From positions 1,736,001-1,800,000 of the forward strand of contig CATNEN010000038.1 of assembly GCA_950097015.1 (NCBI GenBank): DNA of 64,000 bases, written 5' to 3'. This document shows positions 49,525-59,900 of the stretch, in pieces. The notes under the pieces are model-generated. The model did no database searches and was not told where the DNA came from. It saw only the letters and a list, made by a program, of their open reading frames with translations. This stretch comes from Macrostomum hystrix. Taxonomy: Eukaryota; Animalia; Platyhelminthes. The translations under genes were made by a program, and so were the position numbers. Positions within the stretch are counted from its first letter, which is position 1, and each line of letters opens with the position of its first letter.

Positions 49525-51286
49525 TTCAATCATCAATATTATCAATCTAATCAAAAATTGTCTTCATGACATGTGATCTCATGGATACTACACACCCAAG
49601 CCCAAAATGGTCAAGATCAATGACAGTGTTGATAATAAGACAACAGAGTCTAAAAAGTAGATAATTGAAATAAGTAATTACCAAATAAGTAATTACCAAT
49701 GAAATAAGTAATTACTAATAAACTAAGCTACATGTATTTCTACCATGCTTACATAAAAATGATAATTATGGTTAAAGTGTAAAAACTGAAGGTTACAATT
49801 TAAAATAAGAACAATTACCATTTTGTTTCATTTTTTTCCTAAGGGCCTACCAATTTTTTTCACTAAATAATCAGTAATGATTGTTATTGCCATCACTGTT
49901 TTTTAATGTGCCCAACACATTCAGCAAATAAAAAAATTCTAAATGGTGCTAAAAAGGATTGCTAGGCCCTTAGTATTGAAATAAGTGCATAAATCAAGTA
50001 GGCCTACCACTAAGCTATAATAATACCACTAGAAATAAATACTTTTCTTTGTAAGTCCATCTAAACTAAGTCCATAAGTCCATAAACTCTGCTAAACACA
50101 ATTGTCAAAATAAGTGCACAGAATCAAGCTGATATCTAACTTGTCATCCAAATATCAAAATTTAGAATATGACAACTTCAGCCATAACAATAGCTGCTAC
50201 ATCATTAATTTGTCACAATATGTTGGCAAAGTACCTATATACCAGCCCAACAGCCAACACAAACACTTAGCCTAACACTAACAACAGTCAGTAACACATG
50301 TGAAAACACGGGTTAATCTATATTTTTTCAACTTTACAACCAATTTTCTACCTATCACTTCTTTTACAATATTAATAGGCCTAGGCCCCTACTCATTACA
50401 ATAGTAAATCAAAAGTATTAGACAAAGACTAATGCATAAATAATATAAACTAGGGCCTAATACACAATTCTAATTAAGGATAGTTGAATCGTTGATTAGT
50501 TGTAAGTAAAACCCAAAAGAATTTCTGGCACAAGAATAGAGTAGGCCTAGCCCAAAGTACAAAATATGCAAAATACAATCGAGTCACACCCAGTCAACCT
50601 GGTACGTATATTATCAATATGCAAGCTAGTCACTTTATATGCATAACATATAAGTAAAAACCAGTGTGCACGCTTACTGAATTACTAAAAAGTTGCGAAT
50701 TTCTTCATTTCATAATTTTTTAGTTAAAAAAAACAAAATCAACGACGTCTAATTAGCAAGCTGCGGTGAAATCTACTTTTGAAGTGATTACATGTTGTAT
50801 GAAGCAAATACTTTTATATGCTTATTTATGTTACTTCGAAGCTAATAAATAAGATATGAAAGTCTATATTTCAAGTGTGTCGTTTTCCTCGAAGTAATTT
50901 TATAAAAGATGGCAGTTGCAGCTAAGTCAAATGCTTTTTAGTCATATATATTTATTCCGATATAATTTAGCACAAGCGTTTTCTTATAGCTACTCAGTCA
51001 TTCTATGAATTTCACTGGCAGATTAATCACAAGTCTTAGCTTTTTAGTAAGATGCATTTAATTTTGTATTCTTAATTAATTAATGCTTTTGTTATATAGA
51101 AGCAATTCTTACTTTTTCTTTATAAATATTCTTCGTAAATATGATGACACAATAGTAATAATACAATGCTATTTATGCTTAAATAATATACACTTTAATT
51201 GATTTGATGGTTGTTAGAAATATTTCTTTTCGACAAATTTTGATATATGAAGGACATAATGTCTTCTTTTCAGAGCAAAAGATACC

Positions 51287-53627
51287 ATGGCTTTAAAGGG
51301 TATTCTCGCTGTCATCGGTGGCTTTATCATCCACTTCACCTTGGGTACTGTCTACACATTTGGCAACATGAATCCATACTTAACTTCTTATATGAAGTTC
51401 TATTCAAGCAGTCCCGATATAACCTATTCCCAGTCTACGTGGATTTTTTCACTCTCTCTTGCTGGCCAAGGCCTAGCCATTTCACTTGGTGGCCTGCTTG
51501 AAAGAAGATTTGGGGCAAGGTTCACTGCACTCTTCGGTGGATGGTTTATGAGGTGAGCAAAGTATTTTATTGATAACTTTGATGCAGCCAATTTTAGATA
51601 TTTCAATGATTTAGAATATCTGCATCCATAAAATATTATTTTATATAGAACTAAAAATAGTTTGGATGATGAAATTTGTTGGGGTGTCTTACCGAAGATT
51701 GTCAGTGGTCGATAGAAAGCTAAATAACTGCGGATGGATGTTTTGCATTTGAACGATTGTTTAGAATATTCCAATTGTGACTTTTTCAATGCAGTCTCGG
51801 AGTCCTTCTCACCAACGTAACAGTGAAGTCCTACTTTGCTCTGATTAGCATCACCTATGGCGTTATGTTCGGCGTTGGCACTGGCGTCGCTTATGGCGTA
51901 GCTATTGCGGCTGCGATGAAGGTGAGAGACTGCTCAGCAAGCTCCATTGTACACCAACATTATGATTTGTAAGGGCTGTATGGTTCTGCTTAAAGTGTGA
52001 TCTGCACTCATCAAACACAGAATAATTTCCCACCAACACCGACAACAACTGATTCACGCACGCAGTGGTTTCCGAATCGCAAAGGCCTGGTTGGCGGCAT
52101 TGTGGCTTCTGGTTTCGGCGGCGGCAGCCTAGTTTTCAACCAGCTGCAGACAATGTACGTCAATCCGGACAATGACAAGGCCAATTACACACTGGATGGA
52201 GATAAGTGAGCTACTCGGTGATGTCTGAGCTTCTTGGCCTGGTTGACGAAAATCAATCTGAAGCATCTCTCATCGCATCCCAAATTGCAGGTACTTTGAT
52301 CAGCCCGAGATTTTGCAGCGTGTCCCCAGCTGCTTCCTCATTCTAGGTTTTACGTACGCCGCGATGCAGCTGATTGGCTCTATGCTTCTCTTCCCAGTGA
52401 CTCACGGGCAGCAGCAGCACATGTCATCGGACGAGGAAACTAACGATGCTCATCTACCTCTGCTCAGTGAAGCTGAGGCTCAGCGTCAGCTGCAGCAGGT
52501 CCAGATCTGTCCGCGTGAACTGTTGACCACTCCGCAGTTCTGGATTCTCTGGCTCACATTCCTAGTCAACACTCAGTCGGTTGTGTACATCTCGACGCAA
52601 TACAAATCCTACGGCCTCTATAAACAGTTTGACGATCACTTTTTAGCAATCGCCGGCTCTGTGTCGTCAATATTCAATGCTGGCACGCGAGTTGTGTGGG
52701 GCTTGGGCCACGATCTGCTTGGCTACTGGCCGCCAATGATGCTGCTGTGTGCTGGTGCGGCCCTCTTATCCGGCACTTTCTATCTGAGCTCCTCGGCAGC
52801 ATTCTATTTCATCTACGTCTGCTTGATGTTCGCCTTCAATGCCGGCAATTTCGCATTGTTTCCAGCGGCCTGCGCCAAACTATTCGGCTCCAAGTATTTC
52901 AGCGTCAATTACGGCCTCATCTTCACCGGCAATGTGAGTTAGGCTTGATTTCTAGCTGATGACAGGAAAACGATCACATTGATCGAGGATCGAGTGATAG
53001 GAATTCATCAAAACGAATTCCCCGTAAACTTCCATATTTTCCCCGACCAATCAGTTAGCTCTATCAGTCTCACATAATTTTAAAAGTACAGCTTCAACTC
53101 GAAGTAAACATCACTGAAACGTAGATGACAGAATCCGTATTACCCTGTCATTCTGGCGACACAAGGGTCACCAAGAGAAAAAAACCTATGTTGTTTCTTA
53201 ATTTATAGTGCAAAAAGTCGACAAAAATAATTCTATAGTTTTTATGTTCGTTAAAATCAGGCCATGTCGGCTATCATCGGAGCAGTCCTGACTGCGGCCA
53301 TCAAGGAGAAATTCGGCTGGTTGGCGCTGTTCATCACCGGAGCCGTGTTCTCAGTCTCGGGTTCGTTTGCACGACTGCATGCTGACTGTGGAGAGTAGGG
53401 ATTTAGGACGTTGTAGAGTTCGAATCTTAGCCTGGAGTCCATCAGCAAGACTCTTAACTTACTTTCCATTGAAATGGATTTCATTGTGGCGACCCTATTG
53501 CCAATTCTTAAGAATGAACAGCTCTTGGTTTGTGTTCATAATTTCAGGCGGTATTCTAACAATAGTCTTTCTGGTTGTCAGCCGCACGAGGCGCTTTCAA
53601 TTGGACGCATACACGAGACTAGACTGA
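51287..53627 (+). CDS. MFS transporter, oxalate:formate antiporter / MCT-like (6 exons)
   Basis: Exons approx. 51287-51552, 51795-51921, 52066-52205, 52291-52935, 53261-53360 and 53548-53627. Motifs LGTVYTFGN, GGLLERRFGAR, WFPNRKGLVGGIVASGFGGG, FWILW, FGSKYFSVNYG. Confidence 0.9.
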
Positions 53628-54094
53628 CGAGGCCTTGACAATCGCACGCCTTTCATGTTCCTTGATTGATCGATGACACTTTGATATATTTTTGTCATGC
53701 CATGAAAGTTCCGATGTACGCTCGTACGGATTACTCTCTGCTTATGCTATATATAGATGCGATTATCACAATCCTTTATCACAATTTGAAAATATAGCCA
53801 AATAAATTCACCAATAAGTCTTCTTATAACCTGTGCCTTTTTAAATTACTCGTGCATCTTAAATTGCCTTACATGACTTTTGTGTCCAAATTTTTATGCG
53901 AAGTATGAGCGTAGTTTTTAAGAAGCACAAAAATAATTTTTTTAAATCAGATTTTTTTCTTTTGCTTGTTTCTACAATCGATAAGGTATTGTGTTAATTA
54001 CAATCTTGATTCATGCCCGCTATGATAAACATTCGGCTCATTTGTTTCTGAGTTAATGCCTCGTTCTCGTAATTAGTAGGTGTTTTAAAACGGC

Positions 54095-54365
54095 AATAAA
54101 ATAATAATAATAATTGCAGGAGGGCTGCGGGCAATGGCACATCATTTGGGGACACTAGACCTGCAGCCAGCGAGGAGGCAATCCTGCCCATGTCGCTGAG
54201 CGCACACGCACACAGATACCGTACGCAGGCACACTCACACGTGTTTACATCTGCAGTTTGACTCTCATCGTCAGGCATGAATTGCATAAAGGGCGTGAAA
54301 TGAATATGGCCCAGGGACCTTCGTGCGAGTGGCAAACACGAAAACCGCTCTGCTGCCACTCACCG
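54095..54365 (-). mobile_element. SINE-A copy between convergent MFS and DEG/ENaC genes
   Basis: Homologous to the other SINE-A copies, with an (AAT)n tail. Confidence 0.85.
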
Positions 54366-54538
54366 CCTTTCAAACAGTAAGCGGGGCTTCAAATAGGTGA
54401 AGTGCGGCGGATGATTGAACACTATGGGGTGGTGGAACATAAAGTAGGTGTAAGTCCAAAGCTTAAAAACCTGCATATTAATTATGACGACACAAGAATA
54501 GACAGTATTCGCTCTCGTAGTTCGATCATGAACTTGAC

Positions 54539-56290
54539 TCAATCAGCAGGTGAAGCCGAAGAACCACCTGAACTGACACTCCGGCAGGCTGAGGCCAGCA
54601 CCCTCTGCAGCATTTCCAGCAGCTCCAGCACAGTGAGCAGAGAGCAGCCCAGGTACAGGCCGAGAGAGCCGCCGAGATCTGCAACGAACTGCTTCAAACT
54701 GTAGTCCAGACTGAAAGTCACAACTGTGCTCAAAGAAGACTCAGCTTTAATGGTGACTGTGAGCAGGGCTCGTTTAAAATAGTCGCGCACGCTGCTCTCA
54801 AACTGTACAATATCGGTCGTGGGCAGCAGGTTCATGGCTTGCATGCCGGCAGCGATCGACCTGTAGTCGGAGAGGTTCTTGCCTTTCATGGCGAATGGCA
54901 GCAAGTTGGAAAGGGTGCGCACAAGGCTGGCGTCATTGGGCCAGATACCAGACGATGACGTCACTTTGTACTTTCTCTGCCGGCAGAGCAGCTTGCGGCT
55001 GCACAGCCGTCTCCAGCGGCTCTGAATGGGGGCGCGGCTCGCAGCCAGGTAAGCCAGCATATTCCGCTGCCAAGGCTCTGCGCTGCCGTTAATCGCTACG
55101 GCGCTCAGGTTCAGGCAGAGCGGCAAACTGCCGAGGCTCCACGGCAGCGGCTGGGGTGTCGGGATGCAGTTGTAGCGCTGCAGAGCGTCCCTGGCCATCT
55201 CGCTGTAGTAGCAGAATGCCTCACTGTAGTTAAAGGCTAGCGGCCCGCCTGAGTACGGGTCGTAGAAAAGCACAGCCTCGCTGAGCTCATCAATGCACTC
55301 GCCAGAAAAGTCAGCCGGCAGGAACTGCGAGTCGCTCATGCTAATTGACACATCGAAGGATTGGCCAGGACCGAGGCTAACCACATGGCTGGTCAGCTGA
55401 GACGGATACTGACCTCTCGGAAGCAGGTAGAGCAACATACCGCTGCCCCTGTCGAACTCCGTGGGATCCTTCAAATCCCAGTCGTATGGAAAAATCCTCT
55501 GCTGGCCAGATGACATTGTGGGCAATTTGTCTTTGGAGTAAAGCCGGAGAAAATCGATCAAGCTATAATAAGGATCCAGCCAGATGTCGAATCGGAGCCT
55601 GTTGTTGATGTTTCGCATTCGACTCCGCTCCGACTCGGTTAGCGCCACCCTGAAGCACTTTAAGTGCTCCGGGTGGTACAGTGTTTCAATGCTCACAGGC
55701 GACGCCAAGGAAAGCTGTGTGCCAGCACTGAAGATGCCATAATTCCTGTAGAATGTTTGACCCATCCTCTGGCCAATGAGATCTGCCAGCAGTCGATACG
55801 GCATGGACTGAAGCACAGCCAGCGGCTGGAGAGTCTTGAGCTCGCCGAAGTTGGCAGCCGTCGTCCAGTTGCCATCCGACAGCGCCTCAAGGAATAACTG
55901 CTGACCGGCGGCTACAGAAGCCCTCACTAGCTTGACCTCCGACCTATGCAACAGACTGGTGAACGAGCCGGCTGCTTCAAGGGTGTTGCAAAAGTACAAA
56001 TCGGGAAACTCGAATTCAACACCGTCGGCTTCGAGTTTGGACGCAACGCCTGGATTCCGCAGCCGATGAATGTAAGTCCCGGCGGTGCTGACCGTGAGCG
56101 CGAGGAAGCCGACGAAGCAGAGAAGCCACATCAGGCGAAGCTTCACATCACGGTGAGAAGAGGCCACGCGGCACACGGCATGGGCGGTGCTCTCAGACAC
56201 TGCGGCGCCGATTATCTGCGAAATGGCGGCTGAACTGTTCGAATCCGGCAATTCATTCATGACGGCACAGGAGGCTCGGCTTGACTTCAT
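54539..56290 (-). CDS. DEG/ENaC (amiloride-sensitive channel family) subunit, intronless
   Basis: TM1 RLMWLLCFVGFL, post-TM1 FPDLYFCN, Cys-rich thumb, TM2 FVADLGGSLGLYLGCSLLTVLELLE with GxS filter. Confidence 0.92.
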   Translation of the reverse strand: MKSSRASCAVMNELPDSNSSAAISQIIGAAVSESTAHAVCRVASSHRDVKLRLMWLLCFVGFLALTVSTAGTYIHRLRNPGVASKLEADGVEFEFPDLYFCNTLEAAGSFTSLLHRSEVKLVRASVAAGQQLFLEALSDGNWTTAANFGELKTLQPLAVLQSMPYRLLADLIGQRMGQTFYRNYGIFSAGTQLSLASPVSIETLYHPEHLKCFRVALTESERSRMRNINNRLRFDIWLDPYYSLIDFLRLYSKDKLPTMSSGQQRIFPYDWDLKDPTEFDRGSGMLLYLLPRGQYPSQLTSHVVSLGPGQSFDVSISMSDSQFLPADFSGECIDELSEAVLFYDPYSGGPLAFNYSEAFCYYSEMARDALQRYNCIPTPQPLPWSLGSLPLCLNLSAVAINGSAEPWQRNMLAYLAASRAPIQSRWRRLCSRKLLCRQRKYKVTSSSGIWPNDASLVRTLSNLLPFAMKGKNLSDYRSIAAGMQAMNLLPTTDIVQFESSVRDYFKRALLTVTIKAESSLSTVVTFSLDYSLKQFVADLGGSLGLYLGCSLLTVLELLEMLQRVLASACRSVSSGGSSASPAD

Positions 56291-56951
56291 CGTTTCTCAT
56301 TTCTCAAGGCGCGCCAAAAAGGTATATATATAGGCTTCACAAATCACTCGGAAATGCTTCGCCCTTGGCCTTGATTGGTTGATTGGCGGAGACAAGGCCA
56401 GAACACAGAGTGGCAGGTGGGCACATGGCCTCCAGCAATATAACTGAAGGCAGACGCCGCAACAAATGTCGACAGATAATTCTAAACACCACCAAATTAT
56501 TTAGTCCACACACGATCGAAGAGACTCCAAAATTAGCAAAAGCTGGCACAAAATGTGGGTTGGCAACGCTGCGTTCACTTTGATAGAGCAATTCAAAGAC
56601 GCTGCAGCCGCAAAGGCCTTTATTCTATCTGTGCTGCTCTGACGGCAAAGCAAAATTACCCACCGTCAGTTTTTATTGAGAATTGCTAATTAGGCAGACA
56701 TTGTTTGAAGTAGATAATAAGATACAAAAACTAATGCTGATGTCTTAGACATTTACTATTCAACCACTATGAACAATGCAGACAAAAATGCGCACTATTT
56801 AATGAGTCAATTATTAGACATCATACAAGACACAATTGTTAAAACGTTATTTCGTTAGTAGAAAACATTAAAGCTGAATATTTTGAGTGCACTTTCCTAA
56901 AAAATAATGCTAATTTGCGCACAAGCTACTGTCAAGCCGGGATTCAGTAGC

Positions 56952-59900
56952 TTACTGCAGTCCGACAGCTTCCTTTAAAATGGACAACAAAGTGGCAGCT
57001 GCCGAGGTTGACGAATTAGAGCTACTGGCAGCCACTCGAGCCTCCGACGATTCGGCATTAGCGTCGTCAGTGGCCGACTTGGCGGCGTCCTCGGCGCACA
57101 CCGGATGATAGATGCCGCCGGCCAGTTCAACGCAGTCCTGTAGCAGCCAGTCTTCGGTGTCGTCGTCCCATCTCGTGTCGAACTGCTCGTAGCAGACGCC
57201 GCAGACGTTTAACTCCGGCTTGGAACGAGCGGATACTCGACAAACTGCAGCGGCAGAGGCCGATGCTGCTGCTGCCGCCGCTGCGGCGTCGCCAGACATC
57301 ATGGCATCTGGTTCCACTGACGTTGACGCAATCCCAGACGAAGATCCCATCATGATCATCATCAGGGCGTCCATAGAGCTCGCAGTTCCGGCAACGCTGG
57401 CGGGGTTATTGAACATCGAGGCGCTAGGCGCTGAGGCTGAGTCCATCTCGTAGTCGAGAACAGCTCCAGAGAACTCATCGACGGGCTTCACCAGCTGGCT
57501 CCAGTGCGGATACCAGGCGCGGCACTTGGCGGGCGGATTGATCCGCTGCCAAACCCGACGTCGATAATGCTCGTCCATGTGGCGCCGGAACGAGGCAGAC
57601 TGGGGGCCGCGCGTGAAGCGCAGGGTGCACTGCGGGCACTGGAAGCCGCCCACCAGGCGGTACACAACCGACGGCAGCCGCTGCTCGAGCTTCTCCTCGA
57701 CTAAGTCGGTCAGGTCCAACGGCAGTTCAACATCCGAGTCGTAGTCGACTGCGCCAGACGCTGGAGCTGTCGCTGACTCCGCTTTGATGCGGTTCAGATC
57801 AGCGGATAAGGCTGCGCTGTCTGCCAAGCTGTTGTCCGAGTCACTGCGTGAGTTCGTTTGACAAACGGTTGGATTTGGAGTAGGCAACTTATGAGCACTC
57901 AGCTACTTAGTGAATAAGATACTGTACACTAAAGCCACCAAGTGAATGGGAGACTGCAGCTGAAAACAGTTGATAGAAGGCAATAAAATGCTTCCAACCT
58001 GTCCCCATCGCTGTCAGCTGTTAAACCGGCAGTTCGTCGACTCCGCTTAGCTGACGTGGCATCGCCGATGGCAGTTCGCCGCTTGTCGCCGGCAGCAGAT
58101 TCGACCAAAGCCGCGGCTGTCTGCCTGTTAGCACTGGAGACTATCCCAGCCCTGACCAGGCTGTTGAGCATTTTCAACACGTCAGGAGGCTGAGAGGATC
58201 GAGATTGCGGACCAGCCTGCTGCTGCTGATGCTGCTGCTGAAACGGCGGCAGCTGCGGCATGGGAGGCGGCGGCGGCAGTCTGCCTAGAAACGGAGCGTT
58301 GGAACTGTAATAGGACGACCGGCCTTGGCCTCCGCTGGGGTCGGCGGAGCGCAGCGGATTCAGGGGTGGCTTGTGCAGCTGGCTGACGCCGCCAAATGCG
58401 CTATTGTTGGCCCACTGCAGCCACTGGCCGGGAATGGGCGGCCCAACCTCCAGGGCCGGCGTCACTGGCAGGCCGCCCGGCAACAGCACCGCCTGCAGGC
58501 GCACCTGAGTTATTGAAGAGGACAGAATCACTGGATCAGAACAAAATTAATTTATTGCTTACACCTGCTTAAATCGGGCCAGATGTGCAGCCGACAGCAC
58601 AGAAGCCGCGCGTGAGAGGCCTCAATTCGGAGTTAAGTGTTTTGCTAAAAGACAAAATGTTCTAAGGGAATCAGGAATCGAACCGCCGACCTTCAGAATC
58701 GGACGCTCTAACCACTAGGCTAAAACCCCCTAGAAATAATCCCATTTCCCAATAAGCCTAGTTATCAATTCGAAAAGCTCCAAGATCAAGGAAAACTTAC
58801 TACAAACTTAAAAGACCACCAGGCTGATAATAAAACTTCCCACATACTTAGACTTACACTACAAAGCTTCCCAGGTCCTCAGACTCACTTGAAAAACTTA
58901 CCGGAAGCTCCCAGATCCCCAGAGGCAGGTTCGCAATCCCAGATCCCATATTAAATCTTCCCAGATGCCGAACTTACCTGGTAAACGGTGCGGAAGAAGC
59001 CGGCTCGGATTGGCACCAGCTTGGGCTCATTGAATGGCACATTGAAAGGCTTGCCGTGAATGACCAGCTCGTGTCCAGGTCCGCCCAGGCACACAACAAA
59101 CGGTCGCCGACCGAACTGCACTTTTGTGAATTCTCCCAGTCGCAGTCGAACGGGATCCGGGCCGCCCTCCCACTCGAGGAAGACGGCTGCGCCAGCTGGG
59201 AAGCGGAATCGAACAACGCGAGACTCGCCTTTCTCAACAATGAGCGGCTGAATTCGGTCAAGGGCGAGGCGCTTGATTTCTCCGTTCACCTGAAACAGAT
59301 TGGCCGAGTTCTTTGCGACAGTAATAAGCCTGGAAATGAGACCATAATCTGAGCATCTTTAAGGGATAATCTAAGGATATGTGACGGTTGTGCAAGGATC
59401 TGTGAGGGATGTCTGGGGATCTGTGTGGAATATGTGAGGGATGTCTGGAGATCTGTGAGGAATGTGTGAGGATCTCTGAGGGATGCGTGAGGATCTGTGA
59501 GAGATATGTGAGGGATGTGCGAGGATTTGTGAGGGATGTCTGGAGATCTGTGAGGGATTTGTGAGGGATGTCTGGAGATCTGAGGGATGTGTGTGGATCT
59601 GTGTGGAATGTGTGAGGATGTGTCGGATGCCTGGGGATCTGTGAGGAATGTGCGATGATCTGTGAGGGATGTGTGAGGATTTGTTAGGGATGTCTGGAGA
59701 TCTGTGAGGGATTTGTGAGGGATGTCTGGAGATCTGAGGGATGTGTGTGGATCTGTGTGGAATGTGTGAGGATGTGTCGGATGCCTGGGGATCTGTGAGG
59801 AATGTGCGATGATCTGTGAGGGATGTGTGAGAATCTGTGTGGGATGCCTGAGGATCTGTGAGGGATGTGTGAGGATCTGTGTGGGATGTCTGGGGATTTG

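Noticed and set aside
56291-56951. Pcf11-DEG/ENaC operon with trans-splicing
   Set aside because: The spacing is short and on the same strand, but there is a TATA-like run near 56323 and no clear acceptor signal, so the sequence gives no support.
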